Origin: Dimorphilus gyrociliatus
Lineage: Eukaryota > Animalia > Annelida
DNA length: 64,000 nt
Assembly: GCA_904063045.1 (NCBI GenBank)
Contig: CAJFCJ010000023.1
Span: forward strand, 496,001-560,000
Direction of reading: 5' to 3'
In this document: piece by piece, positions 16,370 to 28,570 of the stretch
How positions within the stretch are numbered: the stretch's first letter is position 1
Layout of the letters: each line of letters starts with the position of its first letter
Position numbers and translations under genes: made by a program
The notes under the pieces: generated by a model
Seen by the model: only the letters and a program-made list of their open reading frames with translations
Told to the model about the DNA's origin: nothing
The model's database searches: none

Positions 16370-19022
16370 AAGTATACCTACTGTATGCCATATATGTACA
16401 GCACATTCAATATATATATATACAGGTATATATTTATATTTTCGTATACAGAAAAATAGAGGAAAGATTGGATGTTTTGATTGTTAAATTATTGCTCTAT
16501 TTAGCCCTAGGCGTTGGGCTTAATTTCTAAATCCATTGTCGCGTTATATGTCATTATATGTACAGGAAATCATTAATACTAATTATCTATTTCTTTTAAA
16601 ATATTCTCTAATCAGCCATTTTTACTATGATTCTGAAACCTTTCCTATCAGAGATAGAGATAAAAATAAATGATTAACTTAATTTATTTTCTTTTAAAGT
16701 AGTTGGCAATGATCTTTTATTATTGAGCTAGTGACATTTGGTGTTGAGAAAGAAAGAGACGCAATTACTTTAAACACGGCTGTTGGGTAAGAATCAGGAT
16801 CCGATTTCTCAGACATTTTACCACTTTGAGATCCTATCCTCATTCTCGACAATCTAATTTAATAATATCACATATCAATCGTAGCAGCCAGTACAATACA
16901 ATTGGTTGACTTTATAACATATCATAAACTGTGACAAACTAATAGTATATAGGGATAGACTATAGAAAAGAAGGTGATTTATCTACTAAATCTTAGCATT
17001 ATATATAGTATTCTTTAGTCGCGTAATCTGATGGCAGTTATGTAGTACTTTGTATATATTTATACGTGTACAAGATGTATACCAGTTAAGCAATCAAAGT
17101 AATATATACCTATATATAGTATTATATAAGAGTAAATAGGGAAATATTTCGAGTAGATATCAACTGTACACTATTCTAGCCCTAAGTAGAGGTTAATATT
17201 GATGTTTTCTTTAATATATGTGCCTAGGTTTTACGTGCCCTTCTTTTAAGAATTTTTAATAAACTATTACTGATAATTTCGCGAAAGGAAAATGTCAAAT
17301 GAAATTTAAATTTTACATTGAAATTTTCCTCTTTTAACAATTTAATGATACACTAATGAGATATTTTGATGAGCCTATTTTTAGCACATTACAAGTCTTT
17401 GCTTTTATCCTCTTCGGCCTTAAAAAAATCTATTGAAATTGATTGTTTTCAAGGCGTCACTGCTTAGAGCGTCTAAAAATTTGCTCACAATTAAATTAAT
17501 TAAACATACAAAGAGGCCGGCTGCTCCTTTAATTCCATTCTGAATTCCATTTCCGTTCGACGTCTTTCTCTTGCCGATAGTTTAGGTGCACTGAATCGAT
17601 TGAACGTAAGCGAACCGTTGAATTTTGAAAATAGGCCACTAAAGAAGTGTGACAAGCATCTCAGAGCCATTCCGCTCGACTAATTTTTAAGCGTCACTGA
17701 TTTCTACTTGACGCTGTCTAAAATGTTCCCTGCTTCTAAATGATTGGATGCTATTAAATATTCAGCAAATCTAATGTCAGACGGGAAAGATTAAGAACTC
17801 AAGGCTTAAACAACTTAAGCTATTTAATCAATGCATTTGGTAATTGGAAAGAAAACAAACTGCTTATAAAGGAAAAAAATTCTAGCCACTCTTTCTCTTA
17901 CTTTGGCCCTTTTCCTCTTCCATTTAGCATGAATATTTTAAGAGAAGATGATTTTCTCTCTTCCGATTCGAATCTATACAGAATGGAAATGAATAAATCA
18001 GTGAAACTGAAATAACAATGCTATATATATTATATATATATATATATATATACTGTATAAACATTTCTTTTTCTATTTTAAATCTAAAAGAAGGACAAAA
18101 AATTCAGTATTCCAACACAGATATGCACTTAATTTGATGATCAGCTTGCTCTTTGTGCTCACGCATCATCACCATACATGGTACTTTTCTTTCTAGTGTT
18201 TTCCTTATGCTTTTAGATTACACTAAATGCCTTCCAGTCATACATAAACGTTGAATAAGAAAAAGTACTTGTTATTTACATCAAAATCAGAGTTCCCTTT
18301 TAGTAATTCGTTGTAAAATTCCTAAAGATGTTTGGGTGTCTTTAAATATTCAGTGAAAATTCGCTCAGATAATTATTACCCTCTAAATTCTTATAAATTC
18401 TTTATTGTGAGTCGTCTCTTTTTCCGTCATTAAATTGATTGGACAGTGTTGAATTTGGATAGTAAATATTGAATAAAGTTCGTTAGGTCGATGACTGCCA
18501 TCTAATCTTCTAAGCCGCTTATATCTGGCATATAGGACGTCTTCGATTCCTGACTCGTTAGCATTTAAATAAGCGCTTAAATGACTTAAAAGACAGTTAC
18601 GACCTATTGCATAAAATAGAGGGGGAGAAAAAGAGAGGAAGGGACTGAGGGAGAGGAGAGGACGAAAGAATATAGAATCGCTATAGATATTTAATTATTA
18701 TCTTTTTTTTATTAATATTGCTATTACTTATATTTGGAGATCTTTTATAGAAAAAAAAATAGTTAAAAGGATTATTTATTATTCTTTAAAGTAATATTCT
18801 AGCTTATTATTATTAATGAGAGCTTTCTAATCGGATTTTGCGGGGGTGTATACGATTTTGACAATGAAAAAACTGATTTATTCGCAAGAATGATATAATA
18901 TAGAAATAAAAATGAAAGGTAGGCCTAATATACAATATATTCCTTTTTAATATTGTATTGTTTGAAAATAGATAAGTAGTGAAATTGTATATGGATGGAT
19001 TTAAGTGTATGAATATGTATAT

Positions 19023-19058
<36 letters not shown>

Positions 19059-22000
19059 CGAAAGGAAGAAAAGTGAGAGAAAAAAGTAGAAAACAGGCCA
19101 AGACCTATAGATTAAGATAACGATATTTATGATTAATACGATATTAAGATATTCTCTTTTATAATTATTTTATTTTAGTTACAGAAAAGTAATTCCATTT
19201 ATAATAAAAAATTAAAGGGAAAAAGGGAAGTTTGTGTACATGTAATTGGCTCATTACAGCGTAAATCGGTATATATATTTAATCCTTTGTAAATAGATGA
19301 AAATCTTTTACTTTTGACAAAATAAATAGCTTGTAGAGAGAAGGAGGGAGGGAGGGAGAGAATAAAAATTAGCTTCTTTTCTCTTTTCTTCGACATCTTT
19401 ATAATTCTTAAGATATTGCTTACAAGAAAACATGGATATAAATTTCCGAAAATTCAATAAACTATTCAAGATGGCTGTTAAAAGGTTAATTTCAAGGCAT
19501 CCAATCGTTTTAATAGCGCCAAATTTTTTAGATGCCCCTCAAAAACAAGTGACGCCTAACGACAAGTCAATTCCCCCGACATTTGCAGGCATTTTCGCGG
19601 TTGGACGATTCGAAAATGAATTGCCGTCTACTTTTAATCGTTTCCTCTTGCGGGACGTTTAATAAATTGTGTTTATACAGGCGTCCAATTTGATTTTCGT
19701 AGGCGTCTGATTACTATGCAAATTTTTCGACGGAATGTAAACAAATTGGAGAACACTTGGTTTACCAGAAACAATTTTAGCAATTTTCACGCTTTTCTCA
19801 AATTATTCACAAAAACAAACTAATTGACCGATTTACCTTTAACCAATTTATTCCAATATCAAGAGCTTGCTTTGTGAAAGAAAATTGCATAGTTGAAGTC
19901 TATAAATAGTTCATTTATTATTGTAAATTCAAACTGTCACTATATATATATATATATATTTTCAATCGGACTATTTATAGATAGCTGGATAGATAAATAA
20001 ACAGATAGCCAGATATAGATATATATTCTTTTATTTACTTTTTGAAGCGCATACAAAATATAAATTCGTTTTGTTTTTATGTTTCCATTTCTTCCATTCC
20101 TTTGTTGATCTAATTGCCAGATCGAGTCGTTGATCGAGTCAATTCCATTTGAAAGCGATGATAACTATTGTACCAATTTCGATTTTTGGACGTTTATCAC
20201 CCACGTGTAACCGCTTGCCAATAGATATGTCCACATGTATGTACGCGTGTGTTTGTGTGCAATGTGCTTATGCACGTCTATGAGAACAATTCCTCTTTCT
20301 ATTGAAAGAAAATACATTTGCGCCATATGCTACAAATGTATTTATAAAAATAATCTAAACATTAAAATTAAAAAAAGACTGCCATATGAATTTTTTATTA
20401 AAGGAAAAACACAAAACAAAACAAAAATACAAACAAAAAAAAATGGGAACTAATCCTTTCTATTATATTTATTATTTTAAATGATTGTATTAAGTTTTAC
20501 GTTGAGAGCATCGGTAATCAATCAATTTTAGATTAATCAAGCTCCTGCTCCGAAGATAGGCTTTTGACAGAAATAGTAGAAAATAAATTGGTGGGTGATA
20601 AATGGATAATTGTTTTCGTAACTTGTCTTGTTTTATGCTTTAAAATTTCGCTCTCTCTTCCATTTTTATATAATGTATATTAAGCAATGGTTAAGCAGTA
20701 GTTATTAATAAAATATTGAGTAGATATACTAGCATTTTATAAATGGAATATTATATTATACAATATACAGTATGTTTGTAAGAGCAGAAGAAAAACGCAA
20801 ACTATTTCAACATTTGCAATTAATTAAATTTTAAGAGTAAATTTCATCCAGATGCGGACAACTTTATTGACCATTCAATCAAAAAATCATCCCTCTCTTT
20901 CTTTCCTCATGTATATACGGTGTATATATATAATGTATTACTTATCCATTTGCTTACCTATTTATAAACGATAATAATAATAAAATCAAAATAACGCCTA
21001 TGTACAGTGTTTATTTTTAAGGAATAGAACAAATACTTTTCCATCTTACTCCTCAATCTTCTTTTTCTATTTTTTTTTAGTTTTGCTTAGCGTTCTCGCG
21101 TAGATTTCAATCCAATAAAAACACGGTCACTATTAGTGACCGAAATGAAAATCGATGAAGTAACTCAGTCTAGATTTGCAAAAACGTCTCTTTTTTTTCT
21201 TACAGCTAACAAATTCGGAAAACGAAAAGGTTTGCTAGTTTGTTTGTTCTCTTTCGTTATGCACGAACAAACTGATCGAATAGAGTGTTGTATATACATG
21301 TATATATATATATATATAAATTATAATGTATATATACAAATATATATATATATAACATATATATAAAAATTTGTGTGTGTTTGTGTGTCTTTTTTTTCCC
21401 TTTGTTTTTTTTTTACTTCTTATTTTAAGTTCTAGTCAAATAAACTGCAGTAGTTTGTTGTGCAACTGTCGATTGACTATTGAATAATTTCTTTTTCTTC
21501 TTTTTTCCCCCTCTCTATTCTATAGGAAAATCACCTTTTGGACTCGCAGCAACCGAGGATGGTATCCTTTCAACAGATGACTTTGATTCAAATTCATCCA
21601 GAACTTCACCTACGATGATGGGAGAAAAATTTTCTAGGAAGGTTTGTAATAAAACAATTTTTTTCCATTACTTTTTTTTAATTATTCATTTAATATCAAA
21701 TAACAATATTGCTGGGTAACAGCCTCTTCTAGAGAGGCCGTCTTTCGATGACTTGTAAACGCCACTAACGACGCTGAAGGGGCAGAGAAATATTTTATAA
21801 GATTAGGCATTTTCTAGTTATATTGACTTTAGAATTATATTAAAATATATACAAAAAAAGGCAGAAAAAAGATATGAGAGCTCATAAATATCAATATTAC
21901 TATGCATAAAATTGGAGCTATACATTTATATATTTTATATACAGTATATATATATATCAATATCATTAAAGCATGCCTATAATATATATATCAATATCTT

Positions 22001-24440
22001 ATACTCTACAAGAGATACAGACACTTTTTTAAAGACTATATAATAACATATTGCCAACTCTTATCGAAACGAATCACGGAATTTTCTTATTAATTTTAAG
22101 TAGGTTAATTACTGTTGAGAGAAAAGAAAGAAGACTATAAGATTGGTGGATTGTGTTGTGGAATCTTCTAGTTATTATGCTTATTGTTCAAGATATGTTC
22201 AGTATAAGATAAGAAAGAAATGACATAGAAAAATGAATCCCTTTCTTTTTCTTATTGAAAATAATCAGAAAGTAAAAAACTAAAATATTTACTGTGTATA
22301 TAAAACATTACTCATTTCTAAAAGCAGTTAGACTATACTTTGTCAGACTGATGAAATTTCTTATGATTGATGTCTTTTTGCCTTCATTTAAATGACTGCA
22401 TAGAGGAAAAAGAGCTCCATAATGATCTTAGTCCCTAGAGCATTTTGCTCTAGTTTAAAGCAACTACTTATATTTTATATGAGAATGCATAATAATATCG
22501 TATTCCTTTATGCTATAGATTAGACGTTAATCAAAGCCTATTTTACTGGTTTTTTTTCTAAGGTTAAAATGAAAAAGTAGGAAAAATAAAATAGTCTTTT
22601 TTGTTCTGAGCTCAAAATCTATTTACTAAAATTAAGTGCGAAAAAATGTTAAGAAAATATTCAGGTTAGTCGTCTAGTCTGTTTTTTAACCAAAGAATTA
22701 GTAGGCCAATTTAAGAAAGAGAATATCCCCCGCCACCGTCTTCTTTCATTAAAATAATTAGAATATAATAGGCTAATTGAAAAAATAAGAAAATTTGTTC
22801 AATAATAGGCTTTAGGGAAATGCTTTAAGGAGATTTGTTTCTGGGGCATGAACAGCCTCTTTCTACGTTTATTAATTCGAACTATTATATCTTTAAAATC
22901 CTTTCGTGAGGAAAACGGTTACGAAATAGAAATAAACCCCTTTAGCTTATAAGAGGTAACACAATTGCGCAATGTATTTCCCTTGAGTGGTAGATGGATT
23001 TAAAGGGCAGCATAGCCGTTGACTTTAATGATTTTTTCTTAAGGTAAAAAAGAAAATGATCAATTTTTGCATTATTGACCAAAGTTCTTTTTTTTCATTT
23101 CCAAGATCTTTGATATCTCCCAAGTTAGCTATTGATAGAATGAAAAATTAAATTATATCCGAATTTTTTTGATATATAAAATATATAAAGAGTAAAGGAC
23201 CACGTGTATGAAAATTGTATAGAAAAAAAAATTTCATATAGTACAGCAAAAATGGAAATGGAGAGCGAGAGAGAAACATATTGTAGGCGTTTAAGAGACG
23301 TCACTTCCTCTGGGAGATTCTTTCGCTAATTGTCACGTGATGAAACGAAAAGCTAAATGCCAAAAATTTGTAGGTTTTGAAGCGTTTTATGACTTCGATT
23401 ATTGTTAAAGCACGCTAACCGTCAATTTTACGCCAATGCTAAGTACAACTGTTGTTAAAAGAGTTTCGATTGATAAGTTGTTTTTTTTCTATGGGGGAAA
23501 AAAGCTCTTTTAAACAGAATTAAACTGTGTGTAAATTTTGATGGATAACATATTTAATTCTTATTAATCACCTTCTCAATTGGGTCTCTCTTACAGGTGT
23601 TTATCGGAGGTCTTCCACCAGATATTGACGAGGAGGAAATTACATCTTCTTTCCGTCGTTTTGGACCATTAGTCGTTGACTGGCCTCACAAAGCCGAAAG
23701 TAAATCATACTTTCCACCAAAGGGCTATTGTTTTCTACTCTTTCAAGAGGAAGCCAGCGTTCAACAGCTAATTGACGCTTGCATAGTCGACCAACAAAAG
23801 TTTTATTGGTGTGTTTCGAGCCCAACGATGAAAGACAAACCAGTTCAAATTCGACCTTGGACTTTATCCGATTCAGATTTTGTAATGGACGGAACACAAC
23901 CTCTCGACCCGAGAAAGACAATTTTTGTTGGTGAGTGTAACGTGACCAGGATATTAAGTATAAGCAGGCATTATCTAATAAGGTGAATACAATGATGCAG
24001 GTGGAGTACCTCGACCGTTAAGAGCTGTTGAATTGGCAATGATTATGGATCGATTGTACGGTGGTGTATGCTACGCTGGTATTGATACAGATCCTGAATT
24101 AAAATACCCTAAGGGAGCAGGAAGAGTAGCCTTTTCAAACCAACAATCTTACATAGCTGCAATCAGTGCACGATTCGTCCAATTACAACATGCTGATATC
24201 GATAAACGAGTTGAAGTAAAACCATATGTATTGGATGATCAGTTGTGCGACGAATGTCAAGGTATGAGATGCGCTGGAAAGTTTGCTCCATTTTTCTGCG
24301 CCAATGTAACGTGCCTACAATATTACTGCGAAGTTTGCTGGACGCAGATCCACTCTCGTCCTGGCAGGGAGTTTCATAAGCCGCTCGTTAAGGAGGGTGC
24401 TGACCGCCCTCGCACCGTGCCGTATCCGAGGTGGTGCTAA
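8378..24440 (+). CDS. CPEB2/3/4 (orb2-like): Cytoplasmic polyadenylation element-binding protein, CPEB2/3/4 (Orb2) subfamily, ~482 aa. Exons 8378-8794, 8874-8964, 15579-15629, 21526-21641, 23597-23930, 24001-24440
   Basis: RRM1 (VFIGGLPPDIDEEEITSSFRRFGPLVVDWPHKAESKSYFPPKGY), RRM2 (KTIFVGGVPRPLRAVELAMIMDRLYGGVCYAGIDTD) and ZZ box (CDECQGMRC...CEVCWTQIH) are near-identical to the subfamily. Linker motifs SLESNLLDIIK and EKFSRK are present. All junctions are GT-AG and phase-consistent (0, 1, 1, 0, 1). The 51-nt exon is less certain than the others. Confidence 0.96.
15579..15629 (+). CDS. Predicted 51-nt symmetric (phase 1-1) cassette exon of CPEB, encoding GQQVGNGWLQHDKYTIR
   Basis: Acceptor ctaatcaatgcaacttttgtttacag, donor AG|gtaagg, open in the required frame, locally GC-richer than the flanking intron. 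Confidence 0.75.
19027..19054. repeat. (GA)n microsatellite; similar (GA)/(CT) tracts at ~32039-32070, ~37746-37790, ~56263-56289
   Basis: Direct reading. Confidence 0.9.
23297..23340. promoter_or_regulatory. ETS-CRE composite (GACGTCACTTCC) followed by E-box GTCACGTGA in CPEB intron 4
   Basis: Exact 12-mer at 23297-23308 (reverse complement GGAAGTGACGTC). GTCACGTGA at 23332-23340. Confidence 0.6.
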
Positions 24441-27000
24441 AAAGTTTGATGATTTCCTTTTCTAAAATGCTTTTTTCTTCTCTGACGAGCTTCGGCGCCT
24501 CGGATAGGTTTTTTTTTCCTTCTCTCTCTTTACACGTTTTTCCCTATAATTCGTTGTGAGATTCTAGCTGTTTTTTAGGTCGGAGTGATTTCTGCTAATT
24601 AGATGCCGTATTAAATAATCGAAGCTGTTTATTTAAATACTACTTCCGTGGTAAAGCCTTATGCTAACGGAATTTTTAAAGAGCCTTCAGAAAACAGTAA
24701 TCGAGTAAAGTTGTGTATAATTTTTTGTTACCGTACAATGAATAAGGTATATATATATATATATATATGAATATATACTAATATATGTCTATATATATTC
24801 TTTATTCCTAATTTTTTCCCTTTTTACTACGATTTTTCCAGTCATTTCATGCAAAACTTATTTAGAATAATAGAGAGTTTATATCTTTAATGGAATATTT
24901 ATGGTAGAAATCACACTGACCAATCAATTAAGATTTATAAATGTTTAATGTTTAGATTGTTTACACTTTTTTCTACTAGTTTGTCTAGTTTGGCATACGA
25001 CGGCGCGCAATCAATTCGCTTTATTATAAAAAGGCATCCATTCCTGCTATATGTATCGATTTATATATATGACGATGAGAGAGAAGGCGCTTTAATCCTA
25101 TATATTGCTTATTTTTTGGGACGTTTTATGTTTTTCTATATTTTTATCAGAAGTTTTATAGAGAAATGCTTTTTTCTTAGACAAATCCGTCACTATCTTG
25201 TTTTTCTTTTGCATATTTCTTTGTTTTTTGCTCAATACTTGTTTGTTTTTTGTCATACATATACGCATCGTATGTACCAGTAGAGAAATAATCGGAAACA
25301 GAAACTAACAACAAAACAGACAGACAGACAGACATAGGGCAAGCAAGCAAGCAGCAGGCAGGTATATATGCAGTATAAATAACCAGCTCGAAAAAAATCT
25401 TCCTTAAACCTTTTTTATTAATTATATATTTTCATAAAAATGAAAAACAATTAATTATTTTATAGAATATTATATTTTGACGTGTCTCTATATATATATA
25501 TATATCTATATATATATATATATATATACATATATATAGACATACATTTATACATTTTGAATTGTACTATACTAATCTTAGGTCTTTTTTTTTCATATTG
25601 TTTTCCTATTTCTTTCCCTTTTTATGTTTTATTTTTAATCTATAAACACTTTTAACAAAACAAACAAAATAACAAAACTATTAAAAAAAAGCATAATATA
25701 AAAAATATAGATATTTATATAGCTGTGTATTAAAGTTTTATAAGAGAATTTTTAAAAACTAAAAGATTTGATCATTGAAAAAGAAAGAAAGAAAAGAATA
25801 ATTTTAATAATGAAAGGCAAACTGCAATTGTTTTAATTTTCTTTTGTCTTCTTTTGCTGTTTTTATTCTTTCTTTTATTATTATTTTTTTTTAAAAAATT
25901 GAATTTATAGAACTTTTACAAAATATTATTAATGTTAAAGAGAGAGACATATCTTTAAAGCGAGCCATATTAATTTTTACTCATTCATTTTCTTTTCTTC
26001 TTATTTATGTATCATTTCATTTTGTTTTCTTGCTTGCGACTCTTTTCTCGCCGAGATAAAGAAATAATTAAGAGACGATAAAGCAAAATGAAATATACAC
26101 TAAAAGAAAGAATAGAGTATTAAATAAAAAACGAACTAGTAAAGAGCTATTGTTAATCTTAATTAAGCGAAAACTTTCAAGATAAAAAAGAATAAATATA
26201 GAAATGAATTGAATAAAATAATAAATAAGAGTAGACAACGTATTTACTGTTATACTGTCTTGTAAGCAGTATTGCGTGTAAATGGTAATAAATTGTATCT
26301 GTTGTATACAAGCACTCTTAAAGAAAAGCGAGCCATGTCTGAAATTTGTAGGAAAATATTCTTTTCTAAACATCCTGCATGGAGAATGTGTGTATATTTT
26401 TTCAATTTTTTTAATAATTCTATATTCGTCAATGTTTTTATACTGTAGTGTTTTTTATGTTTCTAAACGCGAATTCTGATCTATATGTTTTTTTTATTAT
26501 AGAAAATTTAGACATATGCAGAACGTATAGGTCGATCTAAGTCAAATATTCGGCAGATTTTTACTGATCAGAATTAAAGATTTTTGCATAATGAAATTAA
26601 ATGCATATTTTACTGAGCGCGCCATTTTATGTCTGTGTATATATATATATGTATATGTATATACGTATATTAATACTTATATATGTTACATGTACATCTA
26701 GTACTAGTGTTTTTGGCATAATTCAGTATTTCTGTGCTATATACAAACAAAAATTGTATACTAGTCTCTAAAACCGTGAATAGTGAGTAAATTTTTTAGA
26801 AAACACAAAAAATTTCTAAAGTTGTTTGTATGCCATAAAACTGCAGCGTGCGCGCTTTTTTTGTTGTCCATATTTATATATTTATTTTCTATTACGGTGT
26901 TGGTATACGTCTTTTTGTAGACAGTGAAAAAAAATCGTCATTTTTCTACAGCAATTTGTTTTAATTTTTTCTATTTTTTAAAGAATACATTTTTTGTCGA
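24441..27000 (+). other. Probable long U-rich 3' UTR of CPEB (end approximate)
   Basis: Follows the stop codon, T-rich on the + strand, no credible ORF. CPE-like TTTTAT/TTTTAAT cluster at 25620-25639, TGTATATA at 26636 and 26656, several AATAAA (e.g. 26123). Confidence 0.5.
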
Positions 27001-27911
27001 CTTTTCTTATGGAAATATAAAAAAAGAGCGAGAGCGAGAGCACCGACAGAGCGGGAGAGAGATTTTCTTCCTCCCTACTTAATACCTAAATCTTTTATTC
27101 ATCAATACTAATAGAGATTAAGGAAAAGTTGAGTAGTCATTTTCGGATAATGATAAAGCTTTTAGCTATCATTACTCCGGTATATTGTACGCTATATTAC
27201 ATTCTTATACCAATAATATATGACCATTTGATTAGACGGTTAAGAAAAAAAAATAAAATGGAAAGACGCCTTTTCAAGCGAAGAGTTAGACCAGTTTTAA
27301 TAAATTACTCTATTTTCGTATCCCGACGTCTTTCAACGACAATTAAAATAGATTAAACAGCTTTCCTCTTTTTCTTACATAGAAAATTAGTATTTGTAGC
27401 GCGATTCGATCAATTCCGTTCTGGGGTTTAAAGAAAAAAATGGTCGACGTGACTGACTGGCTGAGATCATTGCAATTATTGCTATTTTTAGTAGCTTCCT
27501 TACTACAAAGCATTGACTTTATATATGTATATATGTATATATATATATACATTTATATGCATATATATATATATATATAAATATACAGTATATATATTTT
27601 CTAACATAGCAAGATGCCAGCACCTTGTTTGCATTCAATAAATCTAAATATAAATAAATTACTATTTGATTAATATGTCTCTTATCAGTTGGATAAAATA
27701 AATTTCTATAACCATTATTGGCGAAATAGAAATTGTATAAGATAAAGAATATTGTATTGCCATAGCTTCTATCTCTTTTTTTTGGGGCAATCGTCTCAAG
27801 TGAATGAATTGAAATAGAGTAAAAGGAAAGGAGGATGATGGGAAGTCGAGAGGGAAAAATAGAAAAGAAGCATATATATATGTATATATATACACTATAT
27901 ACAGTATAAAT

Positions 27912-27942
<31 letters not shown>

Positions 27943-28556
27943 TTTGAAGCAAGGTATTGTCTTTTGAAAATAAAGTGTCAAAACAAAACAGCTTTGGCCT
28001 TAATTGCTCGGATAAACCAGAAACTAGATCCTCTCCATTAACGCCTCAATTTCTCCTCTTTTCTTCTTTTTTCTTTCTCTTTTAAACAGTTTATCTAATT
28101 TATAATACAGTGTTTATAGAGAAATTGTTATTTATTACTACTTTTCTTTCTATTTGCTTTTAGATGATTTGCTTTTCTTGCTAAAGAGAAGAAATCTTTA
28201 TCGTTTCTTTTAATCAAAAAGAAAAAACAAATTGCTCTTCCTTATATTCTTCTTCTTCTTCTTCTTCTTCCTTTAGGTGTTGTTCGTTAATTTCTCTCAA
28301 TCCCGATTTATGTTTATCAATAACAGTCTCCCGATAATAAGATTAAAGAGAAATTAGATATGATTTATTAGATAATAAATCTTGAAGGTTGTGTTGATGC
28401 TAAGCATGAGAAAAATTATCCCCAAACATTCATACGTCAAATACCACAAAAAATTACTATTTACACCAGAGCTCCGATCGATTCCGTTTGGAGCCTTAGG
28501 AAAAAATAGGCAACGTGACGTGGTCGGATTATCGCGATTAATCGATTAGCACCTGG

Positions 28557-28570
28557 TCGCCCCCTAGCGT
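28557..28570 (-). promoter_or_regulatory. CTCF-like site ACGCTAGGGGGCGA within a GC-rich island (~28470-28790)
   Basis: Close match to the CCASYAGRKGGCRS core in an AT-rich background. Confidence 0.55.

Noticed and set aside
17586-17605. tttag|20 nt|gtaagc examined as an equivalent of the 24-nt CPEB4 microexon
   Set aside because: 20 nt (or 25 nt from the upstream AG) is not frame-preserving and does not resemble RTYGRRR.
21711-21790. GC-rich patch with small hairpins in a CPEB intron, examined as a CPEB3-type HDV-like ribozyme
   Set aside because: The nested P1/P1.1/P2/P3 pseudoknot could not be fitted on either strand by eye. An Infernal or RNArobo search of all CPEB introns would settle it.
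27462-27472. TGAGATCATTG, matching the 5' end of the bantam miRNA
   Set aside because: The match stops at 11 nt and there is no complementary arm for a precursor hairpin.
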